Positions 1-9,310 of a stretch of DNA of 48,226 nucleotides are shown here, in pieces. This DNA comes from Alphaproteobacteria bacterium UBA3864. Lineage in GTDB: Bacteria > Pseudomonadota > Alphaproteobacteria > CAAGCB01 > CAG-977. Both the position numbers and the translations under genes were made by a program. The stretch covers positions 1 to 48,226 of the forward strand of contig DGGW01000052.1 of NCBI GenBank assembly GCA_002393065.1, written 5' to 3'. The notes under the pieces were generated by a model. The model had not been told where the DNA came from, did no database searches, and saw only the letters and a list, made by a program, of their open reading frames with translations. The stretch's first letter is position 1; each line of letters starts with the position of its first letter.

Positions 1-1113
1 CGCGAAGGCAGCTACGAACGGGCGGGCGAGTTGCGCTACAAGCAGATTCCCGAACTGGAATCCCGCCTGCACGACGCCGAACGGCTGGTCAGCGAAAATC
101 AGGAAACGCTCAACAAGTCCGTAACGCCGGAAATGATCGCGGCCGTCGTGTCGCGCTGGACGGGGATTCCCGTCGACAAGATGCTGACCGGCGAACGCGA
201 AAAACTGCTGAACATGGAAGAACATATTCAAGCCCGCCTGATCGGTCAGCACGACGCCGTCGTCGCCGTCAGCAACGCGGTGCGCCGCTCGCGTTCCGGT
301 TTGCAGGATCCGAACCGCCCGATGGGGTCGTTCCTGTTTCTGGGCCCGACGGGCGTCGGTAAAACCGAGTTGGCGCGGTCGTTGGCGGAATTTCTGTTCG
401 ACGACGAAAAGGCGCTCTTACGGATCGATATGTCCGAATACATGGAAAAGCACGCTGTTTCAAGGTTGGTCGGTGCGCCTCCGGGATACGTCGGATACGA
501 TCAGGGCGGCGTTCTGACCGAAGCCGTCCGCCGCCGGCCGTATCAGGTCATTTTGTTCGACGAGGTCGAAAAGGCGCACCCCGACATCTTCAACATCCTT
601 TTGCAGGTGTTGGACGACGGGCGACTGACGGACAGTCAGGGTCACACCGTCGATTTCAAGAATACGATCATCATTCTGACGTCGAATCTGGGCGCCGAAG
701 TGTTGGCGAAGCAGAAAGAGGGGGCGGACGTCAACGACGTCAAACCGCAAGTGATGGAAGTCATTCGCTCCGTGTTCAAGCCGGAGTTCCTGAACCGTTT
801 GGACGAGATTTTGCTCTTCCGCCGCCTGACGCGCGAGGATATGGGCGGCATCGTTCAGATTCAGCTGAAACATCTGTTCGCGCGGCTCGCGGAACGGCAC
901 ATCACGCTGGACTTGGACGATAAAGCGCTGAACTGGCTGGCGGATAACGGTTATGAGCCGATGTACGGCGCGCGACCGTTAAAGCGGCTGATCCAAAGCG
1001 AGCTGGTCAATCCTCTGGCGATGAAGATTCTGGACGGCACGGTTTCGGACAATTCGACGGCGCGCGTCCGCGTCGAAAACGATGCGCTGACGATTTCCGC
1101 GCAGAAAGAATAA
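1..1113 (+). CDS. clpB: ATP-dependent chaperone ClpB, 3' part (5' end outside window)
   Basis: Frame open from base 1 (REGSYERAGELRYKQIPEL, end of M-domain); NBD2 Walker A GPTGVGKT, RIDMSEYMEKH, GAPPGYVGY, Walker B ILFDEVEKAH, GARPLKR. Confidence 0.97.
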   Translation, partial: REGSYERAGELRYKQIPELESRLHDAERLVSENQETLNKSVTPEMIAAVVSRWTGIPVDKMLTGEREKLLNMEEHIQARLIGQHDAVVAVSNAVRRSRSGLQDPNRPMGSFLFLGPTGVGKTELARSLAEFLFDDEKALLRIDMSEYMEKHAVSRLVGAPPGYVGYDQGGVLTEAVRRRPYQVILFDEVEKAHPDIFNILLQVLDDGRLTDSQGHTVDFKNTIIILTSNLGAEVLAKQKEGADVNDVKPQVMEVIRSVFKPEFLNRLDEILLFRRLTREDMGGIVQIQLKHLFARLAERHITLDLDDKALNWLADNGYEPMYGARPLKRLIQSELVNPLAMKILDGTVSDNSTARVRVENDALTISAQKE

Positions 1114-1149
1114 AAAGGCGCTTTTGCCGAAAGGACGCCGCTTGCGATA

Positions 1150-2376
1150 TCACTGATTTTCGCGGGCGGCGCTTTCTTTGATGTCTTCACCGGCGAAGCG
1201 CATACCGGCCAGCAAACAGTTTTCCGCCAGACCGATGTTGATTTGCGGCGCGTGCAAACCGGCGACCGAAGCGCCCGTGAACAGCTTGAAATCCTGCGAA
1301 TGGAGCGTCCGTCCCGGACCGAGCGATATCCACGTTTGTTGCGGCAGGATGGTGAATTTCAGCGAACTGTAATATTCCAGCTGTCCCCGACCGAGAGCGG
1401 CGCGGCCGATTCGTTTCATTTCGGGCGTTTGTTCCGGATCGTTGAGCAACAGGTTCGACGCCGTTGCCAATCCGAGCGAAAGCAAACAGCTGTTGATGCC
1501 GGCGTCGTGGCGCGGATACAAGGCCAGAATGTCCGAAGTCCGGCGCATGACGAATTTCGTTTGCATCTTGTTTTTGACGTCGGCCCGACTGTTTTGTCGG
1601 ACGGCCATCATGTCCCACGTGTAATTTTCGGCGTTGACGATCGGACGGTTGAGCGACAGCATCAGCGCCGTTAATTTTTCGGCCGTCTGAGCGACTTCGG
1701 TATCGGACGGGTCCGATTGGGCGTATGTTGTCAGCGCCAGCCAGACAGCGGAAGGGAAAGAGTTGTCCTTCCCGCCGGATTTGATAAACCTGTTCGTATG
1801 GTAAAGCAGAGCTTTTCGCCATTTCAAGCGGTATTCCTCGAAGGAGGAATCGTCGGTCATTCCCCAGTAATACAGCTCCGTCGTCAAAGCGAAGGCCGTG
1901 GCGGCGATCTCTATGGTCAGGCGGTCGTGCAGGAATTCCGCCGTCGGACGGAAAGAGGCCGCTTTCGGACTGTAATAGAAGGAAACGAGCATGCCGGGCA
2001 TATCGTTATGCAAAACGGATGCTTTGCCGAACGCGGCCAAAGTGTTCTGAACGGCGGAAAGCACAAGGGCGGCTTTCGGCGGATCGATCGAAGACGCAAT
2101 CAGAAAAGTGTAGTACTGCATCAATGAAAAACCCGCGCGCGTCTGATGGATCAGATTGTCCCATTCGGTCGGCTTTCCGGTGATGAAATCAAACTCGTAA
2201 GAAAAAAAACCGTTGTTGTTCTGTTGCTTAAGCAGATAATCGGACGTCAGCGACAAATAATCGAGCACGCGCGTCGGTTGTTCCGGCGTCGTTTCTTTTT
2301 TTGCCGTTTCGGGTCCTTTTTCGGAACATGCGGCGACGGTCAATCCGAAAATCAGGGACAGTAAAAAGCGCTTCAT
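1150..2376 (-). CDS. Hypothetical lipoprotein, probably an alpha-helical (alpha/alpha toroid-like) fold
   Basis: 408 aa ORF with RBS (AAGGA) and lipoprotein signal MKRFLLSLIFGLTVAA-C. Function not recognisable. Confidence 0.7.
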   Translation of the reverse strand: MKRFLLSLIFGLTVAACSEKGPETAKKETTPEQPTRVLDYLSLTSDYLLKQQNNNGFFSYEFDFITGKPTEWDNLIHQTRAGFSLMQYYTFLIASSIDPPKAALVLSAVQNTLAAFGKASVLHNDMPGMLVSFYYSPKAASFRPTAEFLHDRLTIEIAATAFALTTELYYWGMTDDSSFEEYRLKWRKALLYHTNRFIKSGGKDNSFPSAVWLALTTYAQSDPSDTEVAQTAEKLTALMLSLNRPIVNAENYTWDMMAVRQNSRADVKNKMQTKFVMRRTSDILALYPRHDAGINSCLLSLGLATASNLLLNDPEQTPEMKRIGRAALGRGQLEYYSSLKFTILPQQTWISLGPGRTLHSQDFKLFTGASVAGLHAPQINIGLAENCLLAGMRFAGEDIKESAARENQ

Positions 2377-2496
2377 CGGTCCATCCTTTTTTTTGTCAGT
2401 TTAAAGCCGGTTTCGAAAAATGCAAAACGAAAATATAGTCCTTGAAGATTTTTGCAAAAAAGGCTATTTTGAACAATGTTTCGGGAATAAGGGCGG

Positions 2497-3198
2497 ATGC
2501 TGAAAAAAATAGGAAGAAACATCGTCGTTCAAACGATTCTGGGCACGCTGATCGCGTGGGTCGTGAAGTTTGTTTATAAAACGTCGCGCTGGACGGTCGA
2601 AAATTGGCCGGCGTCTTTCGACGATGAAAAAAAATCCTTTATTCTGGCTTCTTGGCACGGACGCGGTTTGGGCGGACCGTTCTTTTCCATTTCCTCCCGA
2701 TGCAAAAATCTGGAACGGCACGGGTTGGCTTCTTTGCACCGCGACGGCCGGATGATGGCCATCGCTTTGAGTAAGTTGGGCATTCACGTAACGGACGGAT
2801 CCAGTCGCCACGGCGGTCTTTCAGCCGCGCTGACGATTATTCGCACGCTGAAAAAAAAACCGGTCTGTTTCGGTTTGACGCCGGATGGGCGAAAGCCCGG
2901 ATACAAAATGACGAAGGGAATCGTCGTGATGGCGAAGGAAGCCCGCGTCCCCCTCATTCTTCAGGCGTATTCCGTCAGAAACTGCCATATCTGCAACAAT
3001 TGGGACAAATATATGATTCCGTATCCGTTCACGCGCGGGGTCATTCTTTTTTCCGATCCGATCACAATTCCGCGCGATTTGGATGACGACGGCATTGAAT
3101 ACTGGCGAAACGAACTGGAAAAAAGGCTGATCGCTCTGTGCGAGGAGGCGGATCGGCGCGTCGGTTTGAAGAATCCGCCGAAATTGGGAAGCAACTGA
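2497..3198 (+). CDS. DUF374 / lysophospholipid acyltransferase family protein
   Basis: Motifs WHGR, SLHRDG, GSSRHGG, LTPDG, and IPYPF; usual position upstream of waaA. Confidence 0.88.
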   Translation: MLKKIGRNIVVQTILGTLIAWVVKFVYKTSRWTVENWPASFDDEKKSFILASWHGRGLGGPFFSISSRCKNLERHGLASLHRDGRMMAIALSKLGIHVTDGSSRHGGLSAALTIIRTLKKKPVCFGLTPDGRKPGYKMTKGIVVMAKEARVPLILQAYSVRNCHICNNWDKYMIPYPFTRGVILFSDPITIPRDLDDDGIEYWRNELEKRLIALCEEADRRVGLKNPPKLGSN

Positions 3199-4475
3199 TG
3201 TCTTTTTACAAATTTTATGAAATGTTTTCTTTTATGATGGCGCCTTTTGTCGGCGTTATGCTGGCTTTCCGCAAAGCTCGGGGAAAAGAGGATATGAACC
3301 GCTTTCCCGAACGGTTGGGTTATCCGTCGCGGGAACGTCCCGAAGGAAAACTGGTTTGGATCCACGGGGCGAGCGTCGGCGAAACGCTGTCCGTCCTTCC
3401 GCTGATCAAGCGGATTCAAACGGTTCATCCGGATTGGACGGTCATGGTCACGTCGGGAACGGTGACGTCGGCCAAACTGATGGGCGAACGCTTGACCGGC
3501 AATGCGTTCCATCAATATGTTCCGGTCGATCTGCCGTCGGCGGCCCACCGGTTCGTCCGTTTCTGGAAACCGGATTTGGCGTTGTGGATCGAATCCGAAT
3601 TTTGGCCGAACCTTCTGTCGGCGGCGAAAGAGGCCGGCGTTCCCGTCGTTCTGATCAACGGCCGCGTGTCCGACCGTTCGTTCAAACGATGGCGGAATTT
3701 TAAATTCTTCAGTCAAAAGATACAGGCTCTTTTCGCGGAATCGTTCGGTCAAACGGACGAAGACGCACGCCGTCTTTCCGTTTTGGGGGCGGCAAAGACT
3801 TCCTGTGTCGGCAATTTGAAATACGGGGCCGGAAAGCCGCCGTATGATGAGGTCGAATTTGAAAAATTGAGCAAAGCGATAGGCGACCGTCCCTGCTGGA
3901 TCGCCGCCAGTACGCACGCGGGGGAAGAAGAACTCGTCCGTAAGGCGCACGAAGCGTTAAAGAAAAAATATCCTGACCTGCTGACGATTTTGGCGCCGCG
4001 GCATCCGAATCGCGCCGGAGAAATTCAAAAACTGTTGTCGGGGCTGTCCGTCGCCCGCCGTTCCGCAAACGAACCGATCACCGCGAAAACGGATGTCTAT
4101 CTGGCGGACACGATCGGCGAAATGGGGCTGTTTTACCGTCTGGCCTCCGTCGCGTTCGTCGGCGGATCGCTGATTCCGTTCGGCGGACAAAATATGCTGG
4201 AACCGGCCGTTTTGGGCAAAGCCGTCATTTGCGGAAAATATACGATGAATTTCAAGGAAATCGTCGCCAAAGCCAAAGAGGCCGGCGCTTTGATCGAAGT
4301 CGAAGACGGTACCGCCCTTGCCGTCGCTTTGGAAAATCTGTTTGCCGACGGCGCGGTGTTGTCGGAAAAGCGGAAAAACGCGGAACGTTTTGCGACGGCG
4401 CAGGCCGATGTGATCAACCGTTTGATGACGGCGTTGGACCCGTATTTCGAAAAGGATAAAAAAGAATGCCCGTGA
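3198..4475 (+). CDS. waaA: 3-deoxy-D-manno-octulosonic acid (Kdo) transferase
   Basis: WIHGASVGE, ESEFWPN, GNLK, AASTHAGEE, APRHPNR, DTIGEMG, GGQNMLEPA. Start placed at ATG 3198, overlapping the upstream stop (TGATG). Confidence 0.96.
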   Translation: MSFYKFYEMFSFMMAPFVGVMLAFRKARGKEDMNRFPERLGYPSRERPEGKLVWIHGASVGETLSVLPLIKRIQTVHPDWTVMVTSGTVTSAKLMGERLTGNAFHQYVPVDLPSAAHRFVRFWKPDLALWIESEFWPNLLSAAKEAGVPVVLINGRVSDRSFKRWRNFKFFSQKIQALFAESFGQTDEDARRLSVLGAAKTSCVGNLKYGAGKPPYDEVEFEKLSKAIGDRPCWIAASTHAGEEELVRKAHEALKKKYPDLLTILAPRHPNRAGEIQKLLSGLSVARRSANEPITAKTDVYLADTIGEMGLFYRLASVAFVGGSLIPFGGQNMLEPAVLGKAVICGKYTMNFKEIVAKAKEAGALIEVEDGTALAVALENLFADGAVLSEKRKNAERFATAQADVINRLMTALDPYFEKDKKECP

Positions 4476-5464
4476 AAGCGCCCGCGTTTTGGCAAAAAGA
4501 CAAATCGGTATGGGGAAAACTGCTTTCGCCGTTCGGCTTTCTGTTTTCCGTCATCGGCGCCGGTCGTTTCAGACGGGCGAAACCGTATCGTTCCAAAGTC
4601 CCGGTCATCTGCATCGGCAATCTGGTCATGGGCGGGGTCGGCAAAACGCCGTTGGCCGTTTCCGTCGCCGAATTTTTCAAAATGAACGGTTTGAGGCCTG
4701 TTTTTCTGACACGCGGCTACGGCGGCGGATTGAAATCGGCGGTCATCAACGCGGACGGGGTATATACGGCGAATGAAACCGGCGACGAAGCGCAGATTTT
4801 GGCGCGCATCGCTCCCGTCGTCGTCAGCGCCGACCGTAAAAAGGGCGCGATCGCCGCGGAAAAAACGGGCGCAGACGTTATCATCATGGATGACGGCTTT
4901 CAAAATCCGCAGTTGGAAAAGGACCTTTCTTTCGCCGTTTTCGACGGACGCTACGGATTCGGTAACGGCAAGGTTTTTCCCGCGGGACCGTTGCGCGAAA
5001 AAATCGAACAAGGACTGGAACGCGCGGACGCCTGCATTATCGTCGGCGCCGACACGTCGGGCGTTCGAGATAAAATCGCCGGTTTGTTTCCCGACCTGCC
5101 GTGTTTTTACGTCCATATCGAACAGGATAAGCGCGTTCTGAACGCTCTGGCTGGGCAAAAGGTTTTCGCTTTCGCCGGAATAGGCTATCCCGCCAAATTT
5201 TTCGGTATGCTGTCCGACAACGGCATCGATGTCGTCGGATCGAAAGCGTTTTCCGATCATCATCCGTATTCGGAAAACGATATGGAAGCCTTGTTGAAAG
5301 CCGCTCGCGGAAAAGGGGCGGATCATCTGATAACGACGGCCAAAGACGGTGTCCGCGTTCCCGAAAAATACCGTGAGGAAATTACCGTTATCGAAGCTTA
5401 TACGGTATGGGATACGCCGGATGAAATATCCGATACGCTCGTTCCGTTCCTGCGGAGGGAATGA
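4466..5464 (+). CDS. lpxK: Tetraacyldisaccharide 4'-kinase
   Basis: VICIGNLVMGGVGKTP, TRGYGG, GDEA, MDDGFQN, PAGPLRE, FAGIG, DHH, TTAKD. Confidence 0.96.
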   Translation: MPVKAPAFWQKDKSVWGKLLSPFGFLFSVIGAGRFRRAKPYRSKVPVICIGNLVMGGVGKTPLAVSVAEFFKMNGLRPVFLTRGYGGGLKSAVINADGVYTANETGDEAQILARIAPVVVSADRKKGAIAAEKTGADVIIMDDGFQNPQLEKDLSFAVFDGRYGFGNGKVFPAGPLREKIEQGLERADACIIVGADTSGVRDKIAGLFPDLPCFYVHIEQDKRVLNALAGQKVFAFAGIGYPAKFFGMLSDNGIDVVGSKAFSDHHPYSENDMEALLKAARGKGADHLITTAKDGVRVPEKYREEITVIEAYTVWDTPDEISDTLVPFLRRE

Positions 5465-6489
5465 CGGCGATGTTCGAGCGTCTTTCCCACGATAAACGTC
5501 GGAAGCTGTATTGCGTTATCCGCTATCCGTTCGAAGCGGTCGGCCTGCTTTTCTTTTGCGTTTTTTTCCGGCTGATGCCGCTGGACTGGGCGTCGGCGAT
5601 CGGCGGGTGGCTCGGTCGAAAAATAGGGCCGCGTTTAAAAGTGTCTTGGGTCGCGCGCTATAACCTGATGAAGGTCTTTCCAGAAAAATCGGTTGCGGAA
5701 ATCGACGAAATCGTTGTCGGCATGTGGGACAATGTCGTGCGCACTTTTGCCGAATATCCGCATTTGCGATGGCTGTCTTCCCATTACGATTGCGGCCGGA
5801 TAGAATACATCGGATCTGATCTGATGGAACAAATGCGCGACGACGGCAAACCGGGGATTTTCTTTTCGGCGCATATCGGCAATTGGGAAACGGCGTCCGT
5901 GTTTTCCTGTAAAACGGGTGTTCCGTTCCACCGCATTTATCGCGGGGCGGACAATCCGTATGTCGAATGGGCGTTCCGCTATTTCCGTTTGAAAATTAAG
6001 GGCGAACTGGTCGGCAAAGGTGTCGGCGGTTTTCGCAAGATCGTTTCCGCCATGCGTAAAGGCGGTCATCTGGCTTTATTGATCGACCAAAAAATGAACG
6101 AGGGTATTTGGGCGGATTTCTTCGGCTTTCCGGTTAAAACGACGCCGTCTTTGGCGGCTTTGGCTTTGAAATACGGCTGTCCCGTCCTGCCCATCCGGTC
6201 GCAGCGGCTAAAGGGCGCGCATTACAGACTGACGGCGGGACCGTTTTTGACGGTCGAAAAGACGGGCGATACGGAAAAGGATACCTTGGCGTGGATGAAC
6301 GCGGCGAATAAGGTTTTGGAGGGCTGGATTCGCGACGATCCGACGCAGTGGTTCTGGGTGCACAAGCGTTTTCCCGAAACGAAAACGAAGTGGGTCGAAC
6401 TTTATCGGCAGAGAAAGCTGTGGAAAAAGGGAATCAAACCGGCGGATGTTTTTGCGTCGTCGCAAATAAAACATACCAACGATTTTTGA
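5461..6489 (+). CDS. lpxL: Lipid A late (lauroyl/myristoyl-type) acyltransferase, LpxL/HtrB family
   Basis: SAHIGNWE, LIDQK, FFG, PTQWFWVHKRF; follows lpxK. Confidence 0.88.
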   Translation: MTAMFERLSHDKRRKLYCVIRYPFEAVGLLFFCVFFRLMPLDWASAIGGWLGRKIGPRLKVSWVARYNLMKVFPEKSVAEIDEIVVGMWDNVVRTFAEYPHLRWLSSHYDCGRIEYIGSDLMEQMRDDGKPGIFFSAHIGNWETASVFSCKTGVPFHRIYRGADNPYVEWAFRYFRLKIKGELVGKGVGGFRKIVSAMRKGGHLALLIDQKMNEGIWADFFGFPVKTTPSLAALALKYGCPVLPIRSQRLKGAHYRLTAGPFLTVEKTGDTEKDTLAWMNAANKVLEGWIRDDPTQWFWVHKRFPETKTKWVELYRQRKLWKKGIKPADVFASSQIKHTNDF

Positions 6490-6493
6490 CGGG

Positions 6494-7948
6494 TCAGCGT
6501 CCCGCTTGCGCGGTGGCGTTGCGCACGGCCGCCAGCATCATTTGATTTTTCATCCGGATAAAACTCGGGCGGCCGTCCTTGCCGTCAAGTTGCGCTTTGC
6601 CTGCGTCGGGCAAGGCGTTGTATGCGGCCTGAAACGTTTTGGCGTTGGCATACAAAGCCGGATTCATTAACGTCGCCGTCAATCCCCGCTTGACGCTCGC
6701 TTCGCCGAGCGTTTGTCCGATCGCGTTCGGTGTCGTCCAGTCTTCCGCGGTTAAGGTGATACCGGCGGCTTTCAGTTTTTCGACGGCGTGTCCGGTCAGA
6801 CCGGCATATACGGCAGCGTGAAGGCCGTCTTTCGGATCGGCCGCCGCCTGAAACGCCTGTGCCGCCGTTTTTCCGTTCAAAGTGTCGGCAAAGGCGGCAT
6901 TGTCCGCATTGATGTCCTCGGCTTTCAGAAAGCGTTGTCCGAATTCCGTCGGAAACGCTTTTTCGGAATCGGCGCTGACCAGATGAGTTCCGTGTAGCAA
7001 AGCCCCCGGCTTTTCCATCTTTTCCAACAGGAGTTCTTCCTCTTCACGGAAAAGCTCCGTTTCGGACAGGTTCAGAATGCGCAGAGAATCGGGCAGAACC
7101 GGAACGATTCGGGCGAAGTCTTTTTTGGGAATGAAATTTTTGGACAGGTCGATTTCGCGAACGGACGGGGGCATCGCTTCGATCAACGCCGGCACGTCCC
7201 GGGCTTTCCAGTCGTTCGTTTCCGAAAGCGACAGTTTTTTCAGCGCCGTCATGCGCGTCAATTTTTCCGCCAGCAGGGATTGCGTTTGTTCGTCGCCTGT
7301 TTTCATCGCGTTTTTCAGCGACAGCTCTTCCAGATTTTCGGGCAGGGCGGCGACGACTTTGTTCAAAACGCCGTCGGCAAAGCTTACCTGTGTCAGGTCG
7401 AGCTTTTTCAAATGCTTTAAGGACGGAAGAATATCGTCCGTCAGGCGTTTCGCGCCTTCATCGGTCAGCTCGCACAGCGGCAAAGACAGGCTTGTCAGCG
7501 CCGTCTGCGCTTTTTCGCTTTCCGCCAGCCGGTCCGCCAACGGATGCAATCCGCCGTCAAAGGTGCGAGCGCGCGTTCCCGTAACGGACAGTTCCGAAAC
7601 GGCGAATTTATCCATGCCGTCGGCGCACACGGCCAAATCCTTTGCGGACAGGGTCGCGGCCTTCAACGACAGGGAATCGGTGTTCATCAGGCTTTCGGGA
7701 AGGAAATCGACATCGGGGGCGTAAGCTCCCCACAGCAAAACGGACGTCATTCTTTTTTCGGCGAAAGCGGGGGCCAGAGCCTCGATCGTTTTGCGGCAGT
7801 TGGTTTGCGTATCGGCGCCGTAAGCGTCGCGGTCGTAAAAGTTGAAAACGAGCTTTCCCGTTTCCAGCGCGGAAGACAATGCGGCAACGCCTTTGGCCGT
7901 CAGGCAACCGTCCTTTTGCAGGGTCGTTAAAATATCCGCCGTTGCCAT
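6494..7948 (-). CDS. RI-like leucine-rich repeat protein with shared ankyrin-like C-terminal domain (paralog 3 in transcription order)
   Basis: Start reassigned to ATG 7948 (GGAGG RBS), giving 484 aa. Repeats LTSLSLPLCELTDEGAKRL, LKKLDLTQVSF, LKKLSLSETN, VREIDLSKNFI, LRILNLSETEL. C-terminus ...QLDGKDGRPSFIRMKNQMMLAAVRNATAQAGR. Confidence 0.85.
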   Translation of the reverse strand: MATADILTTLQKDGCLTAKGVAALSSALETGKLVFNFYDRDAYGADTQTNCRKTIEALAPAFAEKRMTSVLLWGAYAPDVDFLPESLMNTDSLSLKAATLSAKDLAVCADGMDKFAVSELSVTGTRARTFDGGLHPLADRLAESEKAQTALTSLSLPLCELTDEGAKRLTDDILPSLKHLKKLDLTQVSFADGVLNKVVAALPENLEELSLKNAMKTGDEQTQSLLAEKLTRMTALKKLSLSETNDWKARDVPALIEAMPPSVREIDLSKNFIPKKDFARIVPVLPDSLRILNLSETELFREEEELLLEKMEKPGALLHGTHLVSADSEKAFPTEFGQRFLKAEDINADNAAFADTLNGKTAAQAFQAAADPKDGLHAAVYAGLTGHAVEKLKAAGITLTAEDWTTPNAIGQTLGEASVKRGLTATLMNPALYANAKTFQAAYNALPDAGKAQLDGKDGRPSFIRMKNQMMLAAVRNATAQAGR

Positions 7949-7971
7949 ATCGTCCTCCGCTTTTGTTGTTG

Positions 7972-9300
7972 TCAGCGCCCGCGGGACTGCAAAGTCGCTT
8001 GGCGCACCGCGTTCATCATTACTTGGTTCTTTCGGCGCTGGAAGGCGGCCGTTCCGCCGTTTTCGCCGAGTTGGGAGCGGCCTTCGGGACTTAACGCGTT
8101 CCAAACCGTTTGCATGTCTTTTGTGTTTTTCCAGTATTCGGGTTTGAACGCCGCATCGACCTGTTTCGTCGTGACCAGATCGGACAGAATCGTCGTTCCG
8201 TCAGCGGCCGGAGTCAGATAATCCGCCGGCTTCAAATACTCGCCGCAGGTTTTCAGCATTTTCAGAACGTCTTCGAACGAATCCGATTTCGCGGCGGCGG
8301 CGAACAAGCCCTTGTTGATGATGTCCTGCTTTGTCGAACACAGCTTTGCGGCTTCCTCGATCGGGCGGGTCTGCTTCATCATTTTGTTGATTTCCGCGCC
8401 GTGCCATTCAAAATATTCGTTTGTCGCGGTGTTTTTGCCATTCAGCCCGTTCAGAAGCCGGTGTCCGTTTTCCGAAAAACGGTTGCCGGACAAGTTGATA
8501 TGCTTGACGCCCGATTGCTCAAAGGCTTTCGCCAGTTTTCGAGCATGCTCGTCGGTCAGACCGCAGGACGCTATTTCAACGACTTTCAGATTTTTCAGTT
8601 TCGGCAACGTTTCGATAAAACCGTCGAAATTCGCGTTCATCACGTCCGTTTTCGACAGGTTCAGGTATTCCAGTGACAACGGCAATTTCGACCAGTCAAA
8701 TGGTTTCGCGTCGTTTTTGTCCCCCGACAGGAGCGTCATTTCGCGCATGGTCAGTTTGCGCACCGGATTTTGAGCCGCCATATCCAGTATCGTATCGCCG
8801 ATCTTTATTCCCTGTTCCGTTCTGCAGCGTTCGACTTTCAGTTCGCGCAGGGAATCTTTCGGCAGGCCCTCGGGCGTATAAGCGTTGACCGCCGTGTCGG
8901 ACAAAGTCAGTTTTTCGATATGGGGAAATCTGTTTCCGGCGACGTAGGAGCTTAAAATCGCATTTTGCAGCGCCAGCGTCCGGACGGGACTGTTGTCGTC
9001 GGCGAAAACGGACAGTATCTCCGGATCGAAACGAGCCGAAGTCGAAAAATTCTTTAAGGTCACGGCCGTTTTTTGATAGGACGCGATCATTTCTCCCATC
9101 GTTTGCGGATCGAACAGGCGAACGTCGATTTCGGCGGCGGCGTTTTTGTCGATCATCTGTTTTCCGAGCGCCGCGCTTTCGGGTTCGAGACGGCTTGTAT
9201 CGGCGCCTTTTCCCGTTTTGCGACCGAGCGTGTAGCCGGCCATCGCGCATTCGGATGCGGCCTGGCGTTCGGGAGTCATCGGCGGATTTAAAGTCGGCAT
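7972..9300 (-). CDS. RI-like leucine-rich repeat protein with shared C-terminal domain (paralog 2)
   Basis: 442 aa, AAGGAG RBS. Repeats LEYLNLSKTDV, LKVVEIASCGLTDEHARKLAKAF, VKHINLSGNRFSENG. C-terminus ...KNQVMMNAVRQATLQSRGR. Confidence 0.85.
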   Translation of the reverse strand: MPTLNPPMTPERQAASECAMAGYTLGRKTGKGADTSRLEPESAALGKQMIDKNAAAEIDVRLFDPQTMGEMIASYQKTAVTLKNFSTSARFDPEILSVFADDNSPVRTLALQNAILSSYVAGNRFPHIEKLTLSDTAVNAYTPEGLPKDSLRELKVERCRTEQGIKIGDTILDMAAQNPVRKLTMREMTLLSGDKNDAKPFDWSKLPLSLEYLNLSKTDVMNANFDGFIETLPKLKNLKVVEIASCGLTDEHARKLAKAFEQSGVKHINLSGNRFSENGHRLLNGLNGKNTATNEYFEWHGAEINKMMKQTRPIEEAAKLCSTKQDIINKGLFAAAAKSDSFEDVLKMLKTCGEYLKPADYLTPAADGTTILSDLVTTKQVDAAFKPEYWKNTKDMQTVWNALSPEGRSQLGENGGTAAFQRRKNQVMMNAVRQATLQSRGR

Positions 9301-9310
9301 GGCAAGCTCC

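Noticed and set aside
2200-2860. A/T homopolymer runs (8-9 nt) as phase-variation switches
   Set aside because: Frames are intact and such runs are common throughout the window (Lys/Phe codons, intergenic DNA).
7949-8104. 52 aa N-terminal extension of the 536 aa LRR ORF
   Set aside because: Overlaps the neighbouring gene's 3' end; a strong GGAGG RBS supports ATG 7948.
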